Of a stretch of 64,000 nucleotides of DNA, positions 25,831-40,025 are shown one piece after another. The position numbers and the translations under genes are program-made. The stretch lies in assembly GCA_053919585.1 (NCBI GenBank), contig CM132793.1, one strand, 5' to 3'. Source of the DNA: Euprymna scolopes (taxonomy: Eukaryota). The notes beneath the pieces were generated by a model, which saw nothing but the letters and a program-made list of their open reading frames with translations, was not told where the DNA came from and did no database searches. Position 1 is the first letter of the stretch. Every line of letters starts with the position of its first letter.

Positions 25831-27974
25831 AACATTATTTTTATCGTATGTTTAGCTATAATACTCTTTAATCTAGTTTAAAAGCAAAACTCTCCGAACT
25901 GAGTGAGTATTTCTTTTGAAGGTGACATATCGAAAATCATAAGCAAATAAATCGAACAAAATACTAAATATAACACTCCCAATACATTATATTAATCACG
26001 TAATATGTAGTTAACAATTGTTGTTGGGTCAACGATTCTTTATAAAAGTGTGCACTCAACTAGCATTGCTTTGATAATGCCTAAAAGAAAATCCAATTTA
26101 TATCTTGCTTTATTTTTATTTAAAAGTGGTATGTGTTCATATGCCTCAGTTTTTGAATGTTAGCATTAAATACCATCTAAAAGCGCATATATACTGCAAA
26201 AATAATTCAAACTGAACAAGTAAAAGTCATTATGATAGATCTTGAGTTTTATCTATGAAACAACTAAACAGTGGATAGATTCACTGTTATATAGGCAAAG
26301 CCAAACTGTTTCCCAAAGTGCATGCAGCCTTTTTATGTCATGAGATAGAACACGACATGTGCTCGATAGATCAACGTGCATACAAACATGAATCTAAACG
26401 TGGAGAAACCCGTCTCCACCATTTTCAGCTCAACGATGCGAGTAAAAGTACTTAGCCGCCGATAAACCCCATTTATTTATGGCTGCGCACAAAGATATTA
26501 GATAAATGCTTTCCTACCGGAACCAAAATTTGGTTTTCGCGTATAAAACGTGGCCCGTTCACAAATTACCTAACGGTAACCGATAAAAAAAAAAATAAAG
26601 ACAACGACCGTCAGAGGAAACGCTGGTATTAAATAGTTGCAGGCAAAAAATAACAAATAAAAAATAATGCATAACATGCCTTGAAAAAAAAGAGCCATTT
26701 ATTTTTTCCTTAAAGCTTGCAGAATTTGAAGTGTAGCTGTGCTTATTTTATTTTTAATTTCTTTAGCGAACTAGAGGTCGTATATTTTACATAGTATGCC
26801 ACTACCCTTAACACAAAATATAATCATGGAGTGGATGGCGCCATGATCTCAGAACATACCCTATACTCCACTAGTCTTAAAATAGAAGATGTAATGCCTG
26901 GGCGGATAGTATAACAAACTGACACGGATTGCACTTCTCCCCAAGCAGTATGTAATGCCAACGAGAATGGTATCTTTCAAGATCATATACTAAATTCCTA
27001 ACAGGAGATAATGATTGAGAGTTTGGTCTCTATGAAAATACAACTAATAAACTAATACTAAACTGAAAAAGAAACACCTGAAAGAAAGTTTAAATGAAAG
27101 CAAAACAAATACTAAATTCTAACTCTTCTGCATTGGACATTCGACGCATTAACAAAATGATAACATAGGTTCAGATATAGACAGACTGATACCAAATTTC
27201 CATAAGTAATATTTGTGAAAAAATCGTTAGTGGTAATAGGTAAAGACCAAATGATGAAATTGTTTATTTGTGGCGGTAGCTAACGAATTCAATATAATGC
27301 CATTTGCGATCTTTAATGTTAGTTTTGCATGTGTAGTTTCGCAACGTCTTTAAATTACATGTAATCAACCCAGCTGTGAATGAGTAACCTTACAATTAAT
27401 CCATAAATCTATACATCTTTAAAGTGAGAATGTGTGCGAAGACACTTTTTCTCAACATATTATTGATCTACGTATTGAAATTAAATATATAGGGTATTCA
27501 GACATGTGCAGAACTTTTAGATCGTTTTCTCCGAAAAAAAAAAACCCAGAGATCAAAATTGAAAAATTGGTTCGTATGGGTCATCGGATTTTTATCCGTT
27601 TTTCAGCTGCATTACGAGTTTTTAAAGATGTAAAGCTGGCCTAATGGCTATAATACTTGACTTGCTGCTTTTGGTTTCGGTTCGATGTCTACTAGATTTT
27701 TTTACTACAAGTAGTGAACTGTTAAGAAAAATGTAATACTCGCATGCACACGTTTCAGTTTCTTTCAGAGGAATTTAACGTTACGTTTAATCCGGACACT
27801 ATCTTCTAGTTCGTATGTATAAGTAAGTTTGTCAAACAAAATAATGAGCTTTCAAAGTCATGGATGATGGTTGTTGGAACAAATTTCACGGAAGAATAGT
27901 ACTGTAAAGAAAAGGTATTTTAATTTTCTGCACGCATTTCTATTCATATGATCATGGGCTGTAGAACACGTCTG

Positions 27975-28330
27975 CTTTCATGGTATTAATGCTCGTCTGA
28001 GCTCCTATCCATCGTCTTCCCCTGGCCTGACGTTCACAAAAACGCTCGTCCATCTGACACCACCATCAATAATTTCCTCGACTCTTTATCTGTGCCTGAA
28101 CCTAAACATAGATTCCCTGAACAAAGCTTCTTTCTCAGAACTGCATGCTTGTGGAACTCTGTTCCGTTTACCTACTGTACAACTGGCTACAATATGGTTG
28201 TCTTTAAGTTCAACTTGAACAATTTCTTTGTGAGGCACCCCCTTGAGTATTCTGATTTACCCAATTCCCACTACTAGTGTACACTCATTAACCCTTATCC
28301 TCGAGTAGCTTCCGAACTTTATAAAAAGAA
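27975..28330 (+). mobile_element. CR1-Zenon-like LINE 3' end
   Basis: PKHRFPEQSFFLRTACLWNSVPFTYCTTGYNMVVFKFNLNNF, plus the 3' UTR acccttatcctcgagtagcttccg. Confidence 0.85.
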
Positions 28331-28774
28331 AAAATACACCCTATTATTACATCGTTCTCACGTGGTGATAGAAAATGAAAGCACACTTATGAGTAGGCTA
28401 ATGAGTTATTTAAGTGTTCTTCAAAGGATATCTAGCTTGGAAAAGCTACAAATTAACCCTTTTTATGCCGGTACCAGGGGAAATCTGGTCTATACGATGC
28501 AGAATTATCGATACAAATATCTTTGGTATCCACGTTAGGAATTGATTTTTTTTTTTTTTTTACGAAAAATTTTACTACTCTGCAAATTCCTGCGTTTAAT
28601 ATGTGAAAAAATGAATCAAAACGTTTCTCATTTTATTCTTTTATTCGAAGGGTGCTCATATTTCATTTTTTATGAGTCGTCCATCATGAGGCGTCTTTTA
28701 ATTATATGCAGAAAAAAAACTTACTACAATATAAAATGACAGTTTTAGTGAATATTAAGATTAAATATTATTGA

Positions 28775-29175
28775 TACATTATTTGTAGGCTTCTGCCGGC
28801 CACTGGCGATCAAGGGTAGCATCTTGTTTGGTTATTTTGTTGAAATTTAGATCCTTGTGACTGTCGAGTTTGATGTGTATGTGACAGTCGCTGCGGTAGA
28901 TGTTGCATATGTATTTCTTCTCTAGTTGCCATAAACCGTCGCTTTGCTTTCTGCCGACCAGCCCCTTCTTTGGCAACTTGTCAGCTTGTACTCTCTATAC
29001 TAGAATTGCTTGTTCAGCATTGCTTTCCATTTGAATCGGTTGGCTCTTATTATCGTACGTCGGTGTGTTGATGCCCGTAGCCTTCAAATCGTGTTATAAA
29101 AAATCGGAGTACCACAGCTCCGGCTGCCTTGTGGATCTAAGAGGACCTCTCGCTCCACGGAAGATATTTGGAGAT
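28775..29175 (-). mobile_element. RTE (BovB-like) LINE 3' end, decayed
   Basis: Minus-strand remnants RQPELWYSD..HDLKATGINT and YICNIYRSDCHIHIKLDSHK resemble the RTE-BovB C-terminal C2H2-like motif (CxxCxRDCHSRIGLxSH). Confidence 0.65.
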
Positions 29176-29950
29176 TCGTCAATCTAGCATACAACCTATT
29201 AATAAGAGACCATTATAAACACGTCGAATTATAACATCAGTGCAGTGTTGAATTTGAATAAGCTTAACGCAGTAAAAGATACAAAAGTAAAGTAAGGGGT
29301 GTGTCGATTACAGTAAGAGGCAATGCCATAGGGAGAGAAGTTTACTATCGATTATCATTTGTCACGTACAGTACCTATTTAAGACACATGCATTCACACT
29401 AAGATACAGGCGAGCAATGTATAACTTGGTAAACCTAACTGGGAAATAATGCCAATCAAAATGCAATCAAACAAACATATTTTCAACAACCAGACAAATT
29501 GGACTTGCAGAAGTTATTACTTTAGAGATCGTCGACGTTCTGTCAGTTTCTGAGATTATTAGATTAACACATCTTAATTCACGAGCTGTCCATTGTGTCT
29601 CGTTTGAAGTCATAAAACCTTAAACCATAAATATACTCATGAAAAAAACTAATTGAAACTTTGAGTTTAAACACAATTGTTGCATCTGCCTCTGTTGTAT
29701 TTTAACTGTGACATACGGGCATATAAACTAGCTTAAATTGATTTCACGTGACAAAAACCAGCGTCTTTTCTGAGAATAGTAGTAAAATATTTCCAAACAT
29801 TCCTCTATTTAGACTGAGGCAGGTCATTATACTATTAGAGGCGTTTGCTATTTTCGAATTCTGTCTGGGGAAAAAAGTAGTTCGATGCCATGTTTCATCT
29901 TCGTTAGAATACAGTTACACAATTCTACGCATCTGTCACGTTCGCCAATA

Positions 29951-30760
29951 TACGATGAACTTGTCGCCCTAAAGAAAACATTGCAGCTTTATTTTAATGC
30001 TTTATTTGGAAAAAATCAATTCAGGGAACTTGATTATGTAGTAGAGCTGGCATCTATTCGGTGTAGCCGCCTTCATTATCAATCACTGCATCGATAGGGT
30101 GCAGAACTGGGCGCATGCCTTTTGCACAAGCTCAGTGTTGTGGTAGGTCATATGATGATATTCTCAACGTATAACCAAACATAGTCCAGCGGGTTTAGTC
30201 CGTGGGAGGAGGAAGGCACAGTGAGATAAAGGTACAAAGTCATAGCACTCTTTCTGAAACCAAGCCTAGGTCTTTTTGGACTTGTGGGCCAGCGCAGAGT
30301 TCTGCTGCCACGCCCAGCGGTCACCTGATTACACTAGGGGATCAACACATCCTTAAGCACACCCAGGTACACTTTGGTGTTGACGTTCAAGCTGACTTCG
30401 AAGATGTGAGCTGACATGATGCGGCCTTCATTTGAAACCAGACTAAACACCATAGCCATAGCCGGAAACTTTGTTGATCTGTGTCCTCGAGCGTTGAACC
30501 GTCCGCATTTGCATATTGAGGGTGCTGGCAATGGTTCTATTTGGTATAACTTGGATCGAGTTGTACAGTGGTGCATCTACGATCTCGTTCATTGAAAATT
30601 GTGTCACTTTCAAACATGATAGGAGGTTCCTATAGCTCTTGGGATTTGTACACAACTGGCCAATTAGTAGATGGTTTGCAACAAAAAAAGCAGTTTTTAT
30701 AAAACGGAAATAGACTTTTGTTCTCTTTTCTTGGGTGACAACTTTTTCGTTCCATCCTTG
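29951..30760 (-). mobile_element. DD37D (maT) Tc1/mariner transposon, internally deleted pseudogene
   Basis: TKFPAMAMVFSLVSNEGRIMSAHIFEVSLNVNTKVYLGVLKDVLIP, then WQQNSALAHKSKKT*AWFQKECYDFVP..LNPLDYVW, with ~37 residues between the 2nd and 3rd catalytic positions. Degenerate TIRs ttgtcgccc/gggtgacaa. Confidence 0.85.
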
Positions 30761-31162
30761 CCACAATCTTATATGAATTTTATACAACGAAAAAAAATAC
30801 AGATTTTGTGAAGTATTTAAGTTTATTTATCTATAAAATCAAAATGCGCATTTTCACATTAAAATTAAATTTAATATAATTTTTATCTATTCGTATAAAT
30901 TCACATGTTAAGTGGTCTCCTCTGCGAATGTCTTACAAGTCAAAATTGATTTCAATGCACAGGTTTTGTCATCGAATACAAATTTAAATCGTATCTGCAC
31001 TGTCCAATTCCGCATTGTGTCGTCTAATCCTGTTCATTGCAAATGTTTTAAATAAAACGGAGAAAGCATGAATGTCCTATTTTGGAGATGCTTTTGGCTT
31101 CCCTCTTGCTAGTGACGGGATATTCTGACATATAGATATTTGGCACCTTATTTTATAGTAGA

Positions 31163-31975
31163 CTAGCCTTGGTGCCCGGCGTATTTGTAGGTGTGCTTAG
31201 CAAAAAAAAAAAATAATAAATAGTAGGTAGGCAGACTCGAACTTTTGATGCGAAGGCGGAAACGAAAGGTGTGTAAGGGTTGAGCAGAAAAAAATGGAAA
31301 AATGCGGATACAAAAAACAAAAAAAGCGGTAATATGGAGGGCAGGCTCGACCCCGTACTGCAAAGAAGGAAAAAACAATGAAAATAAAAAAGCGTGATGC
31401 GTTAGCTGTTGCGCTCATCGTCAATTGGCAAGTGACTTGGATTTGAATTAAGACTAGAAAATCGGAAAGAGGGGATAACTTTCGAAAATATCGGCGAAAA
31501 TAAGCGACCTCACCTTGTAGAAAAGTGCCAGTTGACGGTGAGAAAACTAATGTTTCTGGCCAATTTCTCGATATGTTTTCCAAAGGTCGAGCTTTAAAAT
31601 AATACCAATTTCGTGAAAATCCGTCGGCACTGTCGGTCCTGGATATGACCTTAAACTAAATCCGATGGTGAGGCCCCAGCTTGCGGACTTTAGGGAGTGT
31701 GCAGCCACCCTTTAATTTTCATTGCTCCCAGGTCCGCTCAGAACCGGAGTGGTAGTACATGGTAGGGTCCTAACTATGGGTTAAATAGAAACACTCGAAA
31801 ACAACAAATATATTCTATTTTCTTCAAAATCTTTAGATTCGGCATTAAATAACCTGAAAAGGGTCGATATGCCGTAAAACAACCAAACCAACCAACCAAC
31901 TGTCGCCACTGTCGAAAGTTTATGCGAAACATACAAACATACATTTAAGCAGACAGGTGAGATTTATATTATAAA
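31163..31975 (-). mobile_element. Non-autonomous Helitron-like element hosting a SINE
   Basis: A|CTAG at 31162-31166 with an adjacent GC-rich segment. The far end has (acat)/(acag)-like microsatellite typical of non-autonomous Helitron 5' ends. Confidence 0.45.
31636..31898 (+). mobile_element. SINE-like retroposon with (AACC)n tail, copy 2
   Basis: 7-bp TSD actgtcg (31629-31635 and 31899-31905); collinear with 17666-17938. Confidence 0.88.
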
Positions 31976-32623
31976 TTTAACTCTGGCGATTCTCCGTTAA
32001 CTGAAAAATAAACGTTACTCTTTTTCCCCTCTTATTTTTAATAATTACGTTTATTTCTGCGACACAGTAGCTCATGCTGACATCCGTTTACACTAGCTAA
32101 CCTCGAAACATATTTCCTCTTATCCTCATTTACCAAAAATTATGCTAGCTCTGATTGATTAGCTCATTGTCAGGTAAAATCAATAAACAATAAGCTTGCC
32201 TCCAAACACCAACATCTGATTATTCGCTATTTCCTTGAGAAAGATACGGTTATAAAAAATAAAACGTGTATATATATATATATATATATATATGATCACC
32301 TGCACAAATTGTTGTATATATAGACATACTTAGTTATAACAAGTCAAATAATAAAATGTATACAGTTATATTAAATGTTTACAGCTGTTTCTTCATAAGA
32401 TTTATTTTTTCGCACAGTATGAACTTTAAAAACATGTTCTTTACATTTTCATTTAATTATTACTTGGAAGAACTAATCGATAAATAAACTTGTGTGTAAA
32501 CCCAGATCAATTTAAAAACCACAATATATTTGGCAATAAGTTTTTCAATTAATTCTGTGTGATAGTAAATATTTCTGAAATGGATGATTAAGGACTGAGT
32601 GAGCAGATTTTATTCGAAAAAAC

Positions 32624-32632
32624 GTGTGTGTG

Positions 32633-32691
<59 letters not shown>
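32624..32691. repeat. (TG)n(TA)n compound microsatellite
   Basis: Dinucleotide runs. Confidence 0.95.
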
Positions 32692-32694
<3 letters not shown>

Positions 32695-32871
32695 TAGCAC
32701 ACCGGGGTACCGCATTAAAAATTAGTCACAAAATACAGTATAGTATATAATACACAAGCATATAATTAAATTACATAATCAACACCGTAATGTTGGGCAA
32801 TTACCGTAACCATGGTCCCGAAAAACATAGTATTCTACATCGTAACCTTAAAAAAACCGTATCCAGGAGTA

Positions 32872-32874
<3 letters not shown>

Positions 32875-32938
<64 letters not shown>
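32875..32938. repeat. (TA)n microsatellite
   Basis: Perfect dinucleotide run. Confidence 0.97.
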
Positions 32939-32946
<8 letters not shown>

Positions 32947-32955
32947 AAAACACCG

Positions 32956-33051
32956 TACTTGGGGTAATTGCGCCAACTATCTAAAAGTGCTCTTTTGGTA
33001 ACCACGAATATAAAGAGCACCTTTTTATAGTTGGCGCAATTACCCCAAGTA
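32956..33051. mobile_element. Palindromic MITE (96 bp)
   Basis: Perfect 25-bp inverted repeat tacttggggtaattgcgccaactat / atagttggcgcaattaccccaagta, plus inner gtgctcttt/aaagagcac. Confidence 0.85.
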
Positions 33052-36000
33052 ATGTATATGTACTTGTTTAATTACATACGGAACCGTTTAATTTTATCGG
33101 AATCATCAGTGCAGAAATAAACATTGAAGTTATTTACTCGATCCGAACACCAGAACTTACTTAACACCAGCACATCCGAATGCGCTAATCCGTATGAAAC
33201 ATAATTGTAATCGTGCAACTTATAAAAGTGTTTCATTTGATGTAGTGCCTTAGAAAGTTGCTGGGATTTACATTTCAGAGTTAAGGAGTGCTTACGTTAG
33301 CTGCCAACTAATTACTCCTTCTTTTCTCACTTTCGATTGCCTTTTTATCTTCTTTAGCAAGTGACTTTATCCTTCTATTTGGCTGCAAACGCATTACTTT
33401 CTACGTCTAAACAAACCATTATGTCTATATGGGCTTGAGGTACTTATTCACCACGATCACACAAGCCATTATTTGTGTCCCCTTGTGATCTGAGTAACAA
33501 CAGGTTTCCAGATCTCTAGCACTAGGTTCTGCTTTCAATAAACTTGCGCAGTTTCTCTTTGATTTCTCTCTAATAAATGACTTAGTCTCTTATTGGAGTT
33601 ATAATAAGGCTTATGTTCCAGCTCTTGCAACATTCTAATAGGGATCTAATCGTTCTCGCAACTCTGTTTTGCCATCTTATCTGACCTTTCACGACTGCTA
33701 TACAAATTTTGCAATATTTCCTCGACATTTCTATACATTTTCGAATACGTAACAACTTAAATACCCTTCAGAATTAGGCGTATAATGTATTAACAATGTG
33801 TTTTTCTTTTATTTCTGTATTTTAGTACGTGAGGAAAATCATCTACAGTCAATAAAAAACGAACAAGAACAATGAGTATGCGAATAAAATATCCTTGCAT
33901 GAAGAATATAAGGACAACCGAAAAAGAAACGGCGAAATCATAGTGCGAATAAAATCGACACAAATGGCAGAAGTGATACAGTGTTTTGCCAGACGATGAC
34001 TAAGAGATATGACTTTATGCTATGTTAAGCTATGTTGCCTTGTTTACCTGTATTAAACTGAAAGGAAGTGTGAGGCACTACCCTATTTTTAACATCCTAA
34101 ACGAGGCCAATGTGTTTACTGTTTGAGTGTAAAGATACAGATCGTTGCGTTATTTTTTTTCTTTTTCTTTCTTTTATTATATTTAGTCACTCAGGAATAT
34201 GATAATACGTATTAAGTAGCCGGTCTCAAATATGTTATGCCATTTCGTGCGCCAGTCACGCTGGAGTTGCTTGCCGACAAATAAAGCCGTGGGAATCTTT
34301 TGAAAAATGTACGAACATAAGAGAAAACGACGAAAACAAAATCGTATAAAACGAATACCAATATGAAATCTGAAAAAAAAACACATACTAGTATCGTCAT
34401 TGATAAGTATGACATTACATTATTCGCCCACATAAAACCATATACAGAAATAATCGGTGTCGCGTTCTGCATAAATTATTTCCTTATAAAATAGATTGTT
34501 TCAAATCGAATAAATCCTTTTAAATAGAATTCCATCGGCGCCAATCTATACTATATAGCTTTATCTGTTTGTGTAAGAATATTTAGTTTCTAGTTTACTA
34601 GCGTTATTTTAAGATAAGAAAAAATATTTTCTTCAGAAAGATGACTTTGGATTTGGAGATGCGGTTTGAAAATTGAAATGACACATTGTGCGAATAACAA
34701 TCAAGATGAGAAACGCACTCCAAATAATGCAGAGAATGTTATAAATTACTTTGTTTTGTTTCGTAAAGTATGTAGATTGAAAATATTTTTTTCCGATGAG
34801 AATGACAGTACGCCACGAAGGGATTTCCATAACTTCGTTCTACTACGCTTATATTATGAACGACAGAAAATAGGTAGTGTAGTTGTTCAAATTTAATGAT
34901 GCACGACAAAAATAAGGAATAACTATTTCAATAGAAAAAGGAGGAATAAATAACAAGTTGTACAATAATTTGAAGGAAACATTTGAAATGGTTTAATCTG
35001 TTTTTAATACAACTTAATAGATTTAATATAAATTTACTAAAAAAAAGGTGCCTATTCCATATAATGGATTTTGACCGAAATATGAGTAAGTATTCTAGAC
35101 ACGAGTTTTAATGGCATTATATCTTAACTTTATGCTTCCGTAAGGTGGCAAAGACACCAAACTGTTCTATTTAGGCAATACATTTTACTCACGACGGGAT
35201 AAGTATCCGTCTCGTAATATGCGTTTGCATACAGATAAAGAAAATCAGGTTAATAAACAAAAATATACTCGAAAATCAGTAAAATATCAATAAACACCTC
35301 AATATATTAATTGATCAGAGCAAAATAATCAAACTGAAATATAATTTCTTAATATTAGTGCTGTTAATGGATATTAGAAACTTTTATAACGTGAAAATGT
35401 TTAAATAATATAATTAATTTCCTATACTTCTTTAAAAACCATTTCGGACTTTGTTTCGTTTCCAATCGAATCTGAGAACCTCATGAGTGTACTGCGAAAT
35501 GATGCACTGACGTGTATTACAGTGATTGCGGTGTACGAGACAATGGAAGAGCGCGTGTAAATAAATCCCAACATTTTTTATTGAATATATTCTATGCTAC
35601 TCGTGTGACGCCAATAATTTTCCTGGTAAGATACGTCCAAATGTGCCGATAATTAAAGCATAATTACCGCAGTGTTTCTGAAGTAAGGTTTTTGTGTGGG
35701 TTTCCTTGTTATATTCTAGAAAACTAACTTTAAATAAATGCATATTTATTGGATTATGTCTTGTAAGCATTCACGGAAGGACGAAAAAATGGTTAACTTT
35801 TGGTGAGAATAATTTACCAGCAACAAAACTTCGATTTCCAAGAAACTATACTTTTCCAATCTCATCCACAAGTTTTTTTTTAATTATTAGATTAACACAT
35901 CTGAATATATATCATAAAACATGTGAGTACTTATGCAGAATACAATTAGTGCTGAAATAATAAAGTTGTTAGAACCCCTTCCGAACAAGGAAAGATAATT

Positions 36001-36669
36001 TTTAATTGCTCTGTACTTTCATCTAACAATTTAATAAGATACCATAAAAATTGAATTTATCTTGAATATCATCTAAAAATTTAGAACAGTACGTCATCTG
36101 CAGAAGTCCGTTTAATTTCCAAAACACTCGACCCTAATATTTTAGTCTGCTGCTGATTATCTTCGAGTTTGGTAGAGACCTTCGTGAAACAGTCAGGATC
36201 ACTTGTGTATATATACTGTATGAATTCATCCACGGAAAATTACTGTTACGCCTTATCACAGCTGTTCATAATTAATATAACATAGTTTAGTTCCGATTTC
36301 AGATTAAAATATTTTAAAAAGTCGAATTTTTGACTTTTTACGTACAAGATCTGTTTCTTGAATGGTAACATCGTTACTTAGATTTAAAGTAATTAGCGTC
36401 ATCTATTTTTACTCTTAACTCAAAACAAGTCCTACTGCAACTTTGACATAATAGGGTATTATTTGAGCCCATGTAAAACAGGCGATTTTGCTTAATTTAG
36501 CAGCAAGATGTCTGTTCGTATTGCATCCTAATGTTTGCTTGTTAGTCTAGTTGGAATACCAGGAACTAGGTAGTAAATTCCCAAGTCTAAGAGAAGAAAC
36601 TATTAGAAAATAATAATTTCTGGGATATTGGAGACTTTCAACTAGAGGATTTCAATTACGCTGCTTGAA

Positions 36670-36960
36670 AGCTTGGTTGGGATATGGGTTTATAAAGACG
36701 CATTTTCTTTAAAGTTTTTTTTTCTAAATATTTTCCATGTAACTCCAAAGAAAAGCCGAAGAGTAGATAATTTTAATAGAGAAAGAACCCTCTTTTTAAA
36801 GCCCCTCGATGTGTTATCGACGTACTTGACATCGTGTCGCCGTTTTCTATCTTTTGTTCGCAAATATTGGAACATTGGATTGAATGGTTTATCTATTTAT
36901 CGCAGCTTTCTTGTATCAGAATGGCTTTTAGTTTTCCGATATTCTAAGAAGCGTCAAGTA
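36670..36960 (-). pseudogene. Possible Helitron Rep-domain remnant
   Basis: DNTSRGFKKRVLSLLKLST..FFGV resembles the Rep segment D..ARVF..KL..L....FG upstream of the HUH motif. It is heavily decayed. Confidence 0.3.
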
Positions 36961-37717
36961 GAAGCACTTAGTAAATTCCAAATGCAATTAACACACAAGC
37001 TCATGATATTAGATGAAGTAGTTCATTTTGCATTAGTATTATTTTTCTGGTTAGCTCTTTTCATTTGATTACTACGCGTATTTTCTAGGTCGAGTAGCCG
37101 CTTGTGTCGAAAGTAGCACAAAGATGGATAAGTACTCGTTTAGTATACATCAATTTGTGTACTTGACAATACACTTGAGATTATACCATTTCTTAATTAA
37201 AATTTGTATTTGTTATGCCTTGCATAATATCGCCTCTTATCGAAATAAGAATGTTTAACATAAGTAGCATTAAGTAAGAATAGACAATTTATCATCGAAC
37301 TGGAATGAATCTTTCATATTTCTGCTTACATTCATCCATTTAAATATCTATATGCTAAAATGTGATTGTTGTATTTCCCTGGGTGCTTGGCACCGTACGG
37401 ACATCACCTGTACATGGTCATTATTGATAGTGTTTTGAACAGCAGATAACCTACATAAACGTCGGTAGATGAGAGAATATGAATTATGCAAATAATATTT
37501 TGAGGGATGGAACCGGAAGACATATACATGGGAGAGGAGAAGGCTGACGGACAAGCTGCGATAAACGGCAAATACAAATAACGTCGCTATATACATTCCT
37601 GTATATAAAGTAATACTTTTTATGGAAATCACATCGTACAAAATTTGAAGCCATAGATATAAGAAACTAAAATACAAATACTATCAGGTCGACAACGAAC
37701 TAACGATATGTTATATT

Positions 37718-38317
37718 GGGTTTGTATTACTGTACACATAGATTCGAAAAAGTTGTCAAAAAACAAATATATAACAAATAAATGTTATCAAAGGTAAGAT
37801 AAGTTATTTTTCTACCAAAGTGGACATATTTTTCGTGTTTTTATTTAATGTAACATGTTTATTCAGCTCGAAAAGCTGACAGTGTTTACCGATGTATTGG
37901 AAAATTCAAAATGGCGGCCGACTCTCTCTCGGAGAGGGTAAGTTTGGAAAAAGGTATTATAAATCATAAACTAGACAAAATACTGTTAGAAATTCGCTCA
38001 ATATATGTTACCGTGACATAAGTTGGCATATATTCGGTATTTTTTTAATAGTATTTTGTCTAGTTTATTATTTATAACATCTTTTGCCAAACTTACCGTG
38101 TTAAAGAGACAATCGGGCGCCATTTTGAATTTTCCAATACATCGGTAAACACGGCATGTTTTTCGAGCTGAATAAACATGTTACATTGAATAAAAACACA
38201 AAAAATATATCCAGTTTGGTAGAAAAGTAACTTATCTTGCCTTTGATAACATTTATTTGTTATGTATTTGTTTTTTGACAACTTTTTTCGAATCTATGTG
38301 TACAGTAATACAAACCC
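37718..38317. mobile_element. 600-bp foldback DNA transposon/MITE with ~275-bp TIRs and 8-bp TSD
   Basis: Ends gggtttgtattactgtacacatagattcgaaaaa / tttttcgaatctatgtgtacagtaatacaaaccc; TSD gttatatt at 37710-37717 and 38318-38325. Confidence 0.92.
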
Positions 38318-39780
38318 GTTATATTGGTATACAAGCGAAGGGCGCCCGATAAACTACGCTTAAATATATTTTAATTCATGCGGGTTTCATATTTATTATA
38401 AATCTAATTTTCTATTGAATATCATATTGTACCTAATATGCTGTAGTTAAAGTTTTAAAAAATGGCATGGATGCCGTCAGCTAAAATCCAAATATTTAGA
38501 GTCCCAGCCGTATTTCTTACCGATGTAACTATCGGGAGATAGATAGGAATGCTTAAATATTAAACGACTTTAAAAAGGGACATGAATTTGAGCATGCACA
38601 GAAGTAAAATATGTCGGCGAGTTGCACTTCAACTTACCGATACGTACCTACGCTATCCAAATAAAGGTTTGTTATAAACTGCCATCCTTTTTTTGTATGA
38701 TTATTTTCTGTTAATCTCGGTATTATCTGACCAGAATTAGTTTATCGGTTAAATATTTACATATACACGTACATTTACTTCTTTATATTAGTGGATTATG
38801 ACCATGAATACAGAAATTATTTCCCCATTGTCAGAAACATCGCTACTACATTTACATAAATGTCAGCATAAGGGAAACGACAAAACAAAGGCCAACTTCA
38901 TACTTTTATGTATGAGTTCTTTTATCTGACGGAGATAGAATTCGAATAAAAATCCTGATGAGATAAATTGAATAATGTAAATATTTCAATAAGAAAACAT
39001 GAGAAAAAGTATAAGCAGACGAAGATGGAATGATATAGCGGGAAGGTAAAGGAAAAAAGAGATGGTATAAGTTAACATAAATTATCACATTATACTACAT
39101 TCCAAAATGCTTTTACTTTATAAAAACGGGCCGAGTAAAATAAATGGGTGGTTAATACCGTTACTATTCCAACAGCGCGGACACGCGAAATGACCTGAAC
39201 AGTACAGAAAAAGAAAAAAAAAAAAAATTATGAAAAGGACGATCGTGCGAGAGACGTAAATGACGTTCGACAGCACGTTTTATTTGGGAAAGTGGCCGGA
39301 AATAAATATAGTTGTTACAAAATAAAAGAACGGCGTCTTCTGCTCCAAGATGTTGGGTCTATGTAAAAGTGTACAACGTAACACTCGAATGTGGTGAACC
39401 ATCTACATTCCATCTTCATATCTATTTATATATATCTGTTTAATGCATACAACAACAAAAAGATTGACCTAAGGGATAACGTATCGTTTTATATATTACT
39501 ACATATGAGGATAGCAGCTATATCTGGAACAAAAATCAGGCCAACATTCTAAACATTTTTATTGTCCCCAATATTTAATGAGAGTATACCTATTGGTTTA
39601 ACCTTTACTTTTAACTATTATATGTTAGCGTGATGCACTACAAGATCTGAGTGGGATTTATTGATGCTGGCTTTAGACACACGGTCCCGGATCGTTTTTG
39701 TTATATGAGCCAGACAGCGACAAAGGATAGAATAAAGATCTCATAAGACATGAATTATAGGCTCAATGTATTTCATTACG

Positions 39781-40025
39781 GATTAAGAGTTGTGCTAGAG
39801 ATCGTATATGCCTTGGTTCGTAGAATTAATATTCTGTAAAAAATACAAAGGTATTACCGAAATTCGGAGGCATATATGTGTGTGTGTGTGTGTGTGTATC
39901 TACGTAATTAAAATAACATGGCGTTGTGTACGATAATTTATAGTATACCAGTAAAACCCCTTTCAATCTTGCTTGTGTGTTGTATTTGTTTTGTCTTCGT
40001 AGATATTGCATGACGATAGATGTTA
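39781..40025 (+). repeat. Duplicated segment; paralog at 43805-44853 is split by a Helitron
   Basis: ttcgtagaattaata and tacgataatttatag.ataccagtaaaac...cgtagatattg.atgacgatagatgttag occur at both loci. Confidence 0.85.
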
